A program made the position numbers and the translations under genes. DNA of 64,000 bases from Gammaproteobacteria bacterium. Lineage in GTDB: Bacteria > Pseudomonadota > Gammaproteobacteria > GCA-001735895. The notes below the pieces were generated by a model, which made no database searches, was not told the DNA's origin, and saw only the letters and a program-made list of their open reading frames with translations. Within the stretch, counting starts at the first letter, position 1. The number at the start of each line of letters is the position of its first letter. The stretch is from assembly GCA_024225395.1 (NCBI GenBank), contig JAAEMR010000159.1, positions 811 through 64,810 on the forward strand, in the 5' to 3' direction. Shown one piece after another: positions 50,848 to 61,316 of this stretch.

Positions 50848-52692
50848 CTATAAGCGCACTTTCACGCAATTTCTGCCATTCTTTTTAGCCACAAACAAAG
50901 CCATATCAGCTCGCTTAATCATCGTCTCATGATTACCGGTTTCATCGGTAATAGCAGCAACACCGATACTTAGCGTGGCTTTTTTAATTCCAAAAGGGGT
51001 TTGAAATTTTGCCTGTTCGGTGTATTCGCGTAAATTTTCTGCAAATTTTTCTGCTGCATTCATGTCTACCCTGGGTAGCAAAACACTAAACCCATTTTGC
51101 CCATAGCGCCCTAATACATCACTTTCTTTATCAGTTTTAGAAAAAACATGCTTTACAATACCGGCAAAAACTTTATACGCTGTTTTATCACCTTCTTTCT
51201 CACGAATCTTAGATAGACCATCCACTTCAACCAGCAGTAAAGATAAAGGTTCTCCTTCTACTGCTGCGGTTCTATACCTGTCCATAGAAACATGTTCTGC
51301 ATTTTCTCGACTCAGCAGAGTAATCGTTTTCCTGGCCGTTTCGGTATCCTGATGTATTTTTTTCACCACCGCAGACGGAACGACTGTTACATCCCTGCTT
51401 GAAGGCTTAGCTCGATTTTCAGCTTTAACTTCATCTTTTTGAGCCAGAGCATCCTGCAATGTCTGATTTATTGTCAGATCCATATCGGTATTGGGGGAGC
51501 TGGATTCCTTTCCATGTTTTGGAGGTCCTATTTTCTGGCCAGGAGAATTCGCCTTTGCAGTCTCTCGCATGCCCGCTGACATTAAAGAGGCTTTGGTTGT
51601 TCGATTGAAAATCATCATGGCCTGGGTCGCTATACTGACACTGGCCGTCATATCCAGGTCATCAAAGGCAGAACTGGCTCGTCTGAGGCTCACAACACCC
51701 ACCAGACTGGTATCATTAAATATTGGAATATCAAGTCTATAATGCTGAAAATGCTTTTTTTCCTTGCCGAACATTCCTTTGACAATATCATACTGAGCAC
51801 TCACTGAAGCCTGTCGGGTTTGTGATAAACGAGTAAGCAAATCATCTGACCAAAGCGTTTTATCTTCCTGCTCGAACAATGTTCCATCTATCTCATCTGC
51901 GGCAGGTTTTGGACCCTTTCCATCCAACGATGTCAGAATATAAGAATCATATTCTATAACCGTTTTAATATGTTCCATCAATCTTGCGGTCAAATCTTTG
52001 AAATCGAGAATACCGCTTAATGACATGTCCAGATCGATCAGGGTATAAGCCCAGTTTTCCTGACGTTCATACACTTTAGACAGGGTTTCACTGGTTAAAA
52101 ACATCATTCGACGAGAACGTTCCGATATGTATGAAAGGTATAAAGCCAGGCAATATACTCCAACCATGACCCCCATCAAGGCTAATATATTAGTATCCGA
52201 TGCAGCCATTAAATAGGCTGTAGATATAAAAGCGGCGACTACCGAAAGACTAAGAATATAAGACACTCTGAAACTGAGAGAATTTAAACTACCCATCCAG
52301 ATAACTAGCAGAGTAATCTCAATGGCATGGTAAAGCCGGTAATTTTGAAGGTAGAGCCCCCCGCATAAAATCAGCAGTGTCAGGATTCCAGGAAAAATAA
52401 CACGAAGCTTCAACACACTGGTACTGCTGCTCACCGCACTAAAAAAAACAATGCCCAGACATAAAAGTGAATTGAAAAGATAAGAATACAGCGGAATTGA
52501 AGAGTTTAGACCCAGTATCCAGAATTCAAGAAAAGCATAGGTAAGATTAATGACGGCTAATGTGAGCAGAGAAAAGACCGCTGTACTTCGACCGCGTTTA
52601 AGCTGAAATTGTTGAAATTTCTTTTCTGTTGCATCATTACAAAAACTTAGTTTTACTGCCTTTTTATAACGACTAATTTTTTCTACTGGCAC
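50848..52692 (-). CDS. Multi-TM, GAF-like, degenerate GGDEF-domain protein
   Basis: About 6 TM segments, a GAF-like segment, and a GGDEF fold with RYGQNGF instead of GG(D/E)EF; ADMALFVAKKNGRN. Confidence 0.8.
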   Translation of the reverse strand: MPVEKISRYKKAVKLSFCNDATEKKFQQFQLKRGRSTAVFSLLTLAVINLTYAFLEFWILGLNSSIPLYSYLFNSLLCLGIVFFSAVSSSTSVLKLRVIFPGILTLLILCGGLYLQNYRLYHAIEITLLVIWMGSLNSLSFRVSYILSLSVVAAFISTAYLMAASDTNILALMGVMVGVYCLALYLSYISERSRRMMFLTSETLSKVYERQENWAYTLIDLDMSLSGILDFKDLTARLMEHIKTVIEYDSYILTSLDGKGPKPAADEIDGTLFEQEDKTLWSDDLLTRLSQTRQASVSAQYDIVKGMFGKEKKHFQHYRLDIPIFNDTSLVGVVSLRRASSAFDDLDMTASVSIATQAMMIFNRTTKASLMSAGMRETAKANSPGQKIGPPKHGKESSSPNTDMDLTINQTLQDALAQKDEVKAENRAKPSSRDVTVVPSAVVKKIHQDTETARKTITLLSRENAEHVSMDRYRTAAVEGEPLSLLLVEVDGLSKIREKEGDKTAYKVFAGIVKHVFSKTDKESDVLGRYGQNGFSVLLPRVDMNAAEKFAENLREYTEQAKFQTPFGIKKATLSIGVAAITDETGNHETMIKRADMALFVAKKNGRNCVKVRL

Positions 52693-52911
52693 GTTTTGAT
52701 CTACCTGTTGTAGTATCCTGAATACGACCCAAATGGCCAGTAACAGGTTAATTATAGCGGTAAAAAATAGATAAATTGGTTACAACAGTTTTAAAATATC
52801 AACACAACAACCATAATAACCTTTTAGAAAATAACAAACTTCATAACTCTACTAATTTATACTAGCATATTCTTCGGGAATTCAAATGCTTAAGAGAAAT
52901 ATTTCATACTT

Positions 52912-53667
52912 ATGTTTAACATTACCCCGTCTTTATATAAAGCAACACTCTGGAAAATAGTAATTAGTTATTTTTTTACTTTGCTATTTTTATTTCTGAG
53001 CAATCAGCTACATGCCCAGTTTTTAACCTATCAACAACAAACCGACAAGCTTGACCTCAAGGCCAGAAGAGCTATGCAGCAAGGTAATTATGCGATTGCC
53101 TACTGTATTTGGGAACCTTTAGCGCAGCAGGGGAACAGCTCAGCGCAATACAACATAGGCTGGATGTTTCACAATGGTTACGGCTTAAGCATCAACGATA
53201 ATAAAGCACTTTACTGGTGGCTTAAATCTGCAGCGACAGGTAATACGAACTCACACTATGCACTAGGTGACCTTTATTCTCAGGGTCTGGGGGTCGAGAA
53301 AAATATACCTATAGCGCTTGGCTGGTATATTTCAGCGGCAATAAAGGGTCATGAACCTGCCCGGGAAACATTAATGGCTTTTCTAAGTAGCGATAATAAA
53401 CTGGCAAAAAATACCTTTCAGTCATTACTGCAAACTGACTGGTCAATACTCGGTGACACGATGGAAGTCAGAGTTGATAAAGCCAATACAAGGCGTGGTC
53501 CCGATAAAAGCTATAAAGTAGTTACAACGCTGGAACGGGGACACAAGGTCATACCGCTTCGCGAGAAAAACGGCTGGACCTATATTGGCATTACTCATAG
53601 CGGAAAAACAGCCTGGATATTCAGCAGCCTGATCAGTAAACCGGCTGGAATTTATCCCGTGGAATAA
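52912..53667 (+). CDS. Sel1-repeat + SH3-domain exported protein
   Basis: AQYNIGWMF..G.G and HYALGDLYSQGLGV repeats; ANTRRGPD...GW SH3b-like tail. Confidence 0.8.
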   Translation: MFNITPSLYKATLWKIVISYFFTLLFLFLSNQLHAQFLTYQQQTDKLDLKARRAMQQGNYAIAYCIWEPLAQQGNSSAQYNIGWMFHNGYGLSINDNKALYWWLKSAATGNTNSHYALGDLYSQGLGVEKNIPIALGWYISAAIKGHEPARETLMAFLSSDNKLAKNTFQSLLQTDWSILGDTMEVRVDKANTRRGPDKSYKVVTTLERGHKVIPLREKNGWTYIGITHSGKTAWIFSSLISKPAGIYPVE

Positions 53668-53682
53668 TCATGAGCTGGAGTA

Positions 53683-54288
53683 TTAATTAAACAGATCAGA
53701 AAAACGGCGTAGATTAGTTTTCCTGTGACGGCTTGTTGTATCCATTAATGTGGCAATCCTGGAAACGTAACCACGAGTTTCTGCAGGCAAATGTTTTTTT
53801 ACTTCAATCCAGGTGTAACTGTCTTTTTTACGCGTCCGTTTAACGGCCTTCAGAACTCGACCATAACCTGCATTATAACTGGAGAAAGCCAAAAACAGTC
53901 GTTCATCACTGGGTAAAGGTTTACGCCATTTACGATACAATTGCCTGTCATAAAAAATACCCGCAGCAATGTTCCAGCGGGGATCATTAGATGCAATAAA
54001 TGTCGGATTCTGTTCTCTTATTTCCTCAAAAGTAGCGGGCATAATTTGCATGACACCCTTGGCACCCACAGGACTGGAAGCATTTTCATTTAAATTGGAC
54101 TCAGCTATTCCTTGTGATTTAAACCAACGCCATTCAAAATGTGGTCCAAAATATCGTTTAGAATATTTTTTAAAGTGCCGGTCGAATTTATCATGCCATT
54201 TATCCGATTCAATCGCACGGGCATGCCCGGTATTAACCACCATAAAGGTCAATAGAAGGATCAAATATAAATGCCGATTAAAAATCAT
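53683..54288 (-). CDS. Lytic transglycosylase (SLT domain)
   Basis: AES, GAKGVMQIMP, SYNAG, ETRGYV. Confidence 0.88.
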   Translation of the reverse strand: MIFNRHLYLILLLTFMVVNTGHARAIESDKWHDKFDRHFKKYSKRYFGPHFEWRWFKSQGIAESNLNENASSPVGAKGVMQIMPATFEEIREQNPTFIASNDPRWNIAAGIFYDRQLYRKWRKPLPSDERLFLAFSSYNAGYGRVLKAVKRTRKKDSYTWIEVKKHLPAETRGYVSRIATLMDTTSRHRKTNLRRFSDLFN

Positions 54289-54325
54289 AAAGCCGAGTAT
54301 AACTTGAAAATCAATATGATCTCTA

Positions 54326-55132
54326 ATGGATAATCTATTTTTTTACTCATCAAAATATATCTGGACTATTTTATCACCCGATAGCCTGTTCATAATCTTT
54401 CTAACACTTTCCCTGTTATTGCTTCTTTTTAGACAGACTCAAAAAGCTATTGGACTTTTAGGCCTGTTAACGGTAAGTACTTTATTTTTGAGCTTTTTTT
54501 CAGTGGGAGACTGGATGCTTTACCCCCTGGAAAGTCGTTTTCAGCATAATCCAGAGTTACCAGCAAAGGTCGATGGCATCATTGTTTTAGGAGGCTCAGT
54601 AATTCCAGAGTTGAGCACAGAATGGCAACAACTTGAAACTTATTCAAATCATGAGCGCTTAAGCAACTTTCTTCGACTGGCCAGACTTTATCCGGATGCA
54701 AAACTGGTTTTTAGTGGTGGAAATGCAAGCACTGACAGGAGTAAAACCACCGAAGCTCAAATAGTTGAAACTTACTTCCTGCAGTCAGGTTTATCTGAGG
54801 AACGATTATTTATCGAAGACAAGGCCAGGAATACCGCAGAAAACGTTAGTTATTCCAGGCAGTTAATGAATCCTCAGCCGGATGAAAACTGGGTCATGAT
54901 CACGACCGCTTATCATATACCCAGATCAATGGGCCTTTTCTGCAAACATAACTGGAAGGTTATTCCTTTCCCGGTCGATCATCAGACCCTGCCATCTAAA
55001 CTTTATCAGCCTGACTTTGATTTGATTGGACATGTCAATTCCCTGATATTGGCATCACATGAGTGGGTGGGGTTATTGGCTTATTACCTGACTGGAAAAA
55101 TAGATTCTATTTTCCCCTCAGCGTGTAAGTAG
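54326..55132 (+). CDS. YdcF / DUF218 (ElyC-like) protein
   Basis: IIVLGG, FSGG, ARNTAEN, TTAYHIPR, PVD, HEWVG. Confidence 0.88.
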   Translation: MDNLFFYSSKYIWTILSPDSLFIIFLTLSLLLLLFRQTQKAIGLLGLLTVSTLFLSFFSVGDWMLYPLESRFQHNPELPAKVDGIIVLGGSVIPELSTEWQQLETYSNHERLSNFLRLARLYPDAKLVFSGGNASTDRSKTTEAQIVETYFLQSGLSEERLFIEDKARNTAENVSYSRQLMNPQPDENWVMITTAYHIPRSMGLFCKHNWKVIPFPVDHQTLPSKLYQPDFDLIGHVNSLILASHEWVGLLAYYLTGKIDSIFPSACK

Positions 55133-55181
55133 TGTTTGAATAGAAAGTAGTTGCTGGCAAGGCTTTTCGCTCAGGCACTGA

Positions 55182-55550
55182 TCATTCAAACTGATCTGTT
55201 CGCAACATAACCAGGGTACAGGCTTCCAGAGTTTCAATGCCATGCTGCTGATAAAACTGTTCCAGTTCCGTCGATTCTGTACCGGGATTAAAAATGATAC
55301 GGCGTGGTTTTATCGATAGAACATCCTGCTTGATCTTTTCGTGAAGCCCTGCATTCAGGTACAGGGTCACCGTATCTACTGTATGGTTGATCTGATTAAT
55401 AGAACTATAACCTTCGACACCCAGTATTTCCCGACCATTCCCAGAAACCGGAAAAACTGTATGCCTGTAATCCATCAACATCTGTTGAGCCTTGTAAGCA
55501 TAACGTTGAGGTTTATGACTAGCGCCAATAATCGCCACACACAATGACAT
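55182..55550 (-). CDS. CoA-binding protein
   Basis: GAS.KPQRY, TVTLY, RIIFNPGTE, ACTLVML. Confidence 0.88.
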   Translation of the reverse strand: MSLCVAIIGASHKPQRYAYKAQQMLMDYRHTVFPVSGNGREILGVEGYSSINQINHTVDTVTLYLNAGLHEKIKQDVLSIKPRRIIFNPGTESTELEQFYQQHGIETLEACTLVMLRTDQFE

Positions 55551-56197
55551 TACAGCTCTCCAGCGGTTAAATTAAACTGAGTTTGCGTCATGTATTCAAA
55601 TAACTCTTTTCCATCGTTATCAACCATAATTCTGACCCCCTGTTGCGGATAAAACCAAAGCTCTGTGGTTTCATCCACCACTTTACGACTTGCCGGTTCA
55701 CCAAATCGTTGCGTTATAAATTGTTGATCCATTCCACTATAAGCAGGAATATAACTTAACGATTTTATCAGTCGCACTCCCTGTTCGGACTGTTTATCAG
55801 TTTTAATAGTCCACCTTTGACTGCCATCCTCAGTGATAACCCGTTTGATCGTGTGCTCAGTTAGACTATCCAGCTCAGACTGGGAAGCATCTAGATTCGC
55901 AATAATTCTTGCACTGAAAGGCCCGATGTTTACCTTGCCAAAATAGGCTTCAAGACTGTAATCACCCTTCTGACTTTTAAACAGTGCCAGTCCATCCAGT
56001 TTCCCAAATTTCTGCCTGGCCTGCTCCAGCGTGGTTTTATTCAATTCTATGCCAAATACTTCGCTATGATTAGCATCATGCACCGTAATATGCCAGGGCA
56101 TATCAGCCGGTTCATTCAGAGATTGCTCTGTGGTGGAATAGAACAGAACAACTGCAACGACTGTGATAGAAGCGATGATGAGTAAAGCCAGTTTCAT
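55550..56197 (-). CDS. Hypothetical membrane-anchored protein
   Basis: N-terminal TM/signal, MPW, LEAYF, RFGEP, WFYP; coupled to neighbouring genes. Confidence 0.7.
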   Translation of the reverse strand: MKLALLIIASITVVAVVLFYSTTEQSLNEPADMPWHITVHDANHSEVFGIELNKTTLEQARQKFGKLDGLALFKSQKGDYSLEAYFGKVNIGPFSARIIANLDASQSELDSLTEHTIKRVITEDGSQRWTIKTDKQSEQGVRLIKSLSYIPAYSGMDQQFITQRFGEPASRKVVDETTELWFYPQQGVRIMVDNDGKELFEYMTQTQFNLTAGEL

Positions 56198-56214
56198 TGG
56201 TTTATTCAGAGGAA

Positions 56215-57396
56215 TTAGAGTCGGGCGCGCACTATAGCGGCTATCTCTTTATCTGTCAGTCTTATCGGATTAGTTTTCATACTACTTCCACTCACATTTT
56301 GTACAATTCGATCGATATCACTTTGTAACACGCCGAAGTCTGACAAACGTGGAATTTTCAGCTGTTCAGTCCAGTTTCGCAAAGTTTTAAACAGGCAGTT
56401 AAAAGCAGAGTCAAAATCAGCAAAATGTTTTCTACAAAGCATCTGCGCTATTTTTTTATACGACTCTAAAGCAGGATTATCAGGTTCACGCTGTAACATG
56501 GCTTTGATATTTATTTCCGTAGCCTCAGCCAGCAGGCAACCACAAACCACCCCGTGCGGAACAGGAAACATGGCACCCAGTGGTGAAGCCAGGCCATGCA
56601 CCGACCCCAGCCCGGTTTGAGCGAGATTAATGCCGGAAACCATCGATGCAAAAGCCATGTTTTCGCGTGCACCGGCATGTTGTGCAGAAGACTCGAATAA
56701 CGGTAACAGGCTACCAGGAATACGCCGAAGTGCCTGTTCAGAAAGCGCATTACAAAATACATTCTGACGGATTGAGACGTAAGATTCGATTAACTGGGTT
56801 AGCGCATCCATGCCATTAGCTGCAATGACAGAAGGTGGACAACTTGCCAGTAGATCGGGATCAACAATCGCCGCCCTGGCCATCAACTGGTCATCACGGA
56901 ATGATTTTTTAAAACCCTGCTCGCCCAAACGACTCAATACCGCATTCCTGGTCGCTTCACTGCCAGTGCCTGCGGTTGTAGGTACCGCAATAAAAGGCAC
57001 CGATGGCCCGGGATATTTGAGCTCGGGACCGACACCTTCTAGATAATCCAGCACCGGTTGGTTAATCAACAGTAACCCGGCTATTGCCTTTGCAGCATCC
57101 ATCGCACTGCCACCGCCAACAGCAACTACCGCGTCAATGCCTGACTGGCTGAATTGTTGAACAGCTTTATCGACCAGCTCCGGTGAAGGCTCACCCATAA
57201 CGGTGATCTGCTCATACTGGATACCGGCCGAATTAAGAGACTCGACCAGCTGTGGCCACCAGTCGGTTCCAGACCATGAAGAACCACCGGTTACCAATAA
57301 AATTCGACTTCCAAATTTACTGATCACTTGAGGAAGCTGTTTGAGCTTTCCCGATCCAAATAATATTTCGGGTAACTTTGAGAGTGAAAACTGCAC
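56215..57396 (-). CDS. Iron-containing alcohol dehydrogenase
   Basis: GGGSAMDAAK, PTTAGTGSE, DALTQ, HGLASPLG, HG. Confidence 0.92.
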   Translation of the reverse strand: MQFSLSKLPEILFGSGKLKQLPQVISKFGSRILLVTGGSSWSGTDWWPQLVESLNSAGIQYEQITVMGEPSPELVDKAVQQFSQSGIDAVVAVGGGSAMDAAKAIAGLLLINQPVLDYLEGVGPELKYPGPSVPFIAVPTTAGTGSEATRNAVLSRLGEQGFKKSFRDDQLMARAAIVDPDLLASCPPSVIAANGMDALTQLIESYVSIRQNVFCNALSEQALRRIPGSLLPLFESSAQHAGARENMAFASMVSGINLAQTGLGSVHGLASPLGAMFPVPHGVVCGCLLAEATEINIKAMLQREPDNPALESYKKIAQMLCRKHFADFDSAFNCLFKTLRNWTEQLKIPRLSDFGVLQSDIDRIVQNVSGSSMKTNPIRLTDKEIAAIVRARL

Positions 57397-57410
57397 AATA
57401 GTTAAACGTA

Positions 57411-60071
57411 TTAAAAAGCCAGCGATATATCTTTATGTTTTGCAAGGCAGCTCGCAATTTCTTCAGCCTGATCGATACTCAACCTTTCCTGCATGCGCAA
57501 ACCAATAGTGTTTTTTACCACCTCATCAAACTGTTGCAAACCGGGTAAATACAAACGGGATGCCTGACTACGCCATGACACTTCTGTTTCCAGAATTTCT
57601 ACAGCCTTAACCAGCAGGCCGGAGGCTTTATCTCTATCCTGTGTTTTCTTTAGGGCCCTGCGCGCTTTAGATAATTTAGATTTAACAGGATGGGCATTCT
57701 TGATAGCCGATAACGATGATTCCACACCCTTGATCTGCTCCATAGCCGTTTTAATCTCAGCATCACGAATTACAGCGAATAATGCTTCCAGGTCAGGCTG
57801 AAGTTGCGTTAAAGCATCTGACGCATTCACCATATCCCGGGTATCTGCAACAACCTGGTAACTATCATCCACTAAACGCCGGTATTTGCTACGCGCAATT
57901 TTTTCTTTTTTGGCTAAATCAAGGTATTGTTCTCTGGCACCTTTCCACTGTTGCGGAATGTTCTCGGCTAACTTTTGCTGATCAGATTTTAATTCTTCTA
58001 CCCGGGTTTCCAGCATGGCCATTGCATTTTCATCAGGGTGTTCAGAAAATTCTATTTGTTTTATTTCATCATTTAAAACATCTATTTTCTTACCAATTTT
58101 ACGAATATGTCGTTGAACGGTGCGAACTTCGCGATGCAGCGGCTCATACTCGACCACAAAATGCTGATATGCTTTTTGCGCAATTTCTATCTGGGAAATT
58201 AACTCAAATACTTTCCCCATATCGTTGAACCCTTCATTCAGTTTGTGACGATAGTTATCCGGAAAATAAGCGGTATCCAGTTTTTTAACCTGCTTTAAAG
58301 CGGTTTCAATTTCATTTTTCTGCTTCTCATAACTGGTAAAAACCATATCTTCCATACACAGTTGAATACGAGGATTATTGGGTGGTGGAGCCGTATCCGA
58401 AGTCAGATAAGTTCTGTTGGGCAAATAATTAATTAGCGTAGGAAATGCGCCGGCAATAAACAGACCCAACAATTGCAACCCGATAAAGGCAACAGCCCCT
58501 TTATAGATATGCATGGTTTTAACTATTGCCGGTGCAACCCCGCGTAAATAAAACAACGCAAAGCCAAACGGCGGTGTTAAAAAGGAAGTCTGGATATTTA
58601 ATCCCACCATAACACCCAGCCACACTGCAGTGACATTCGCTTCAGGATTAGCCAGCAAAATCGGCGCGACAATAGGTACAACCACGACGGCTATTTCGAT
58701 AAAATCAAGGAAAAATCCTAATAGGAAAATAACCAGCATCACCACGATAAATTGCATCCAGAACCCACCGGGTAGTGTGGTAAGAAATTGCTTAACCAGC
58801 TCTTCTCCACCAAAGGCTCTAAATGCAGATGTCAGCATCGCAGCACCCAGCAGGATGATAAAAACCATGGACGTAGTTTTCGCGGTATCAATCATTACAT
58901 CATGCAAAATATTATCAATTTTATGTGCACGCCAGATTGCCCAGACAACCGAAGTCAATAATCCTGAGACAGCAATTATCGCCAGGTAAACACCAAACTG
59001 ATCCTCTTCAGTTTTGATGTTTTTGATGTTCAGGTCATAATAGTTCAGCAGAAATGTAATCGCGACCAGCGACACAATCGCCAGAATGGCCGGATAATAG
59101 GAGGTTTTACTACCTTTGGTCAGTCGGTAACTTCCCATGATCAAAGCACCAACGGCACCAATAGCACCCGCCTGATTCACCGTGGCTATGCCTAAAATAA
59201 TAGAACCCAGCACGGTAAAAATGAGCAGCAGCGGCGGAGCTAGTGCCATTAACACCTTAATGAAAAACTGCCTGTTATACTTCCCATCATAAGGAACTGG
59301 CGGTGCCACTTCAGGTTTGATGACCGCTGCAATAAAAATATAAGCCATATACAAACCGACCAGAATCAATCCCGGTACAAATGCCCCCATGAACATATCA
59401 CCGGCACTGGCCGAAACCACGTCAAAATCACTGGGCATAGAAAAATCACCGGTGATTTCCCGGTATTCAGATTTACGAGCCGTGTTTGCCTGATCGGCAG
59501 CACTCGACAGCTGATCAGCCAGAATAATCAACACGATGGAAGGCGGAATGATTTGCCCCAGCGTTCCTGACGCACAGATCGTCCCGCAGGCAAGTGATTT
59601 GGAATAATTGTTACGTAACATGGCTGGCAACGAGATAAGTCCCATTGCAATAACTGTGGCTCCCACAATACCGGTAGTTGCTGCCAGCAAGGCGCCTACA
59701 AAGATGACTGAAATACCAAGACCACCGGGAACAGGGCCAAATAACTGGGCCATCGCAACCAGCAAATCTTCTGCAATTTTTGAGCGTTGCAACATGATAC
59801 CCATGAATACAAACAGTGGAATCGCTATCAGCGTGTCTCGCTCGACCACCCAGTACATACTTCGAAAATTAGTAACGCCGGCACTCAACCACTGGTTCGG
59901 TCCACCGTGTGAAAAGAATGCATCGGGGTCACCAACAAACAGGTACCCGCACAGGGCGGCAATTGCAATAGATAAAATAGCCGAACCGGGCAATGCAAAT
60001 GCAACGGGGAAACCTGATGTTAACGCTGCTATCATTATCACCACTAACAGCAGTAAAAAATAAACTTCCAT
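57411..60071 (-). CDS. dctM: TRAP transporter large permease DctM with a long C-terminal soluble extension
   Basis: LIAIPLFVFMG, GTLGQIIPPS, FLDFIEI, SFLTPPFG; about 330 aa hydrophilic tail. Confidence 0.9.
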   Translation of the reverse strand: MEVYFLLLLVVIMIAALTSGFPVAFALPGSAILSIAIAALCGYLFVGDPDAFFSHGGPNQWLSAGVTNFRSMYWVVERDTLIAIPLFVFMGIMLQRSKIAEDLLVAMAQLFGPVPGGLGISVIFVGALLAATTGIVGATVIAMGLISLPAMLRNNYSKSLACGTICASGTLGQIIPPSIVLIILADQLSSAADQANTARKSEYREITGDFSMPSDFDVVSASAGDMFMGAFVPGLILVGLYMAYIFIAAVIKPEVAPPVPYDGKYNRQFFIKVLMALAPPLLLIFTVLGSIILGIATVNQAGAIGAVGALIMGSYRLTKGSKTSYYPAILAIVSLVAITFLLNYYDLNIKNIKTEEDQFGVYLAIIAVSGLLTSVVWAIWRAHKIDNILHDVMIDTAKTTSMVFIILLGAAMLTSAFRAFGGEELVKQFLTTLPGGFWMQFIVVMLVIFLLGFFLDFIEIAVVVVPIVAPILLANPEANVTAVWLGVMVGLNIQTSFLTPPFGFALFYLRGVAPAIVKTMHIYKGAVAFIGLQLLGLFIAGAFPTLINYLPNRTYLTSDTAPPPNNPRIQLCMEDMVFTSYEKQKNEIETALKQVKKLDTAYFPDNYRHKLNEGFNDMGKVFELISQIEIAQKAYQHFVVEYEPLHREVRTVQRHIRKIGKKIDVLNDEIKQIEFSEHPDENAMAMLETRVEELKSDQQKLAENIPQQWKGAREQYLDLAKKEKIARSKYRRLVDDSYQVVADTRDMVNASDALTQLQPDLEALFAVIRDAEIKTAMEQIKGVESSLSAIKNAHPVKSKLSKARRALKKTQDRDKASGLLVKAVEILETEVSWRSQASRLYLPGLQQFDEVVKNTIGLRMQERLSIDQAEEIASCLAKHKDISLAF

Positions 60072-61159
60072 CAGGACTCTCTCATCTCAGTTCCAGCATT
60101 CATTCTCATGCCCTCAGGCGATGCGGCATCGGGCAGCACAGTAAATTCACCAGGGTCTTCTTTTTGCTGATCATCCGGTTCAATCAATTCTGCGATATTG
60201 AGTAGTAAATAACTACAAAATTGAACAATCATGGTAACCGCAAACACCACCAGAAAACCTGCCATCAGGTATTTGACATACATGCCATAACCACTTTGAG
60301 AAATCTCATAACTTAACAGGGGGCTATTAATGCTGTTACCTTTACCTCCCAAGCCGTGCATCAAAATAACCCAGCACAAAGGAATGCCCAGAAACACAGA
60401 ACCAATAATATTTGCCGAGGCTTTTTTTACCCGGCTAAACCCGGCGTATAAAACATCCACCCTGACATGTCCTTCATGTATCAATGTATAAGCACTGGCA
60501 AATAAAAATAATGCGGCATACCAGAAACGAACCAGATCTCCCTGAAAAGCCTGTTCATAGGAAAAAACAAATCGGGTTAATACAATTAAAAACTCAGACA
60601 ACACAACCATCAAAGCTAACCAGGAAAAACTAATCTTGCGGAAAATAAATGCAAAAACAAATGAACTGACCAGCAATGGATAATGTACATAAATTCCGCG
60701 AAATGAGGGGCGACCCAATTGTACGATTAATTCATCACCAACCCAGAATTCAAGCATTTTTTCAATGCGTAAAAAAGAGATCATCATATCCACAAAACCA
60801 ATCAACATTACAGCCCAGAAAGCAACCCGCACGAGGTAAGATGCCAGCGCCTGTAATCTTTCAGATGACTGCCGTAGAGAGACCGTTGACGATTTAACGG
60901 CATAAAATGCGACCAATATCAAAACAACCAGATAGCTTGCAAATTGCATCCAGCCCTGGTTAATTTTTTCATCTGCTAAAGTGACCGTTGAATCCTCACC
61001 AAACCAGCCCAGATGCGCGAAAAGGTTATAGGGCCCGGGCAAGCCCTGCCAATAAACCAGATAATTATTTAATAAATACAGAAAAACTGAACCAACCATG
61101 AGATAGGTCAGTGTTTTAATAACAGATGAAATACGAGGAATAGACGGGTTTTCAGTCAT
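60071..61159 (-). CDS. dctQ: TRAP transporter small permease DctQ (extended N-terminus)
   Basis: YTLIHEGHVRVDVLY motif; lies between dctP and dctM. Confidence 0.85.
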   Translation of the reverse strand: MTENPSIPRISSVIKTLTYLMVGSVFLYLLNNYLVYWQGLPGPYNLFAHLGWFGEDSTVTLADEKINQGWMQFASYLVVLILVAFYAVKSSTVSLRQSSERLQALASYLVRVAFWAVMLIGFVDMMISFLRIEKMLEFWVGDELIVQLGRPSFRGIYVHYPLLVSSFVFAFIFRKISFSWLALMVVLSEFLIVLTRFVFSYEQAFQGDLVRFWYAALFLFASAYTLIHEGHVRVDVLYAGFSRVKKASANIIGSVFLGIPLCWVILMHGLGGKGNSINSPLLSYEISQSGYGMYVKYLMAGFLVVFAVTMIVQFCSYLLLNIAELIEPDDQQKEDPGEFTVLPDAASPEGMRMNAGTEMRES

Positions 61160-61267
61160 TTGGATAGTGTCACAACAGACTATATAAAGAAAGAGAGGGT
61201 TTAGTCCCGTGAAAAAAGGTGAGACTAAAGTGGCACTTCTGCTTACAGCGACTTAGTTTAACAAAAC

Positions 61268-61298
61268 AAAAAAAACGGAGCCATCAGGCTCCGTTTTT
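61268..61298 (-). terminator. Hairpin/terminator after dctP
   Basis: aaaaacggagcc-atca-ggctccgttttt, with a U-tail on the minus strand. Confidence 0.85.
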
Positions 61299-61316
61299 AC
61301 TTCTTTAAACCAGTCT

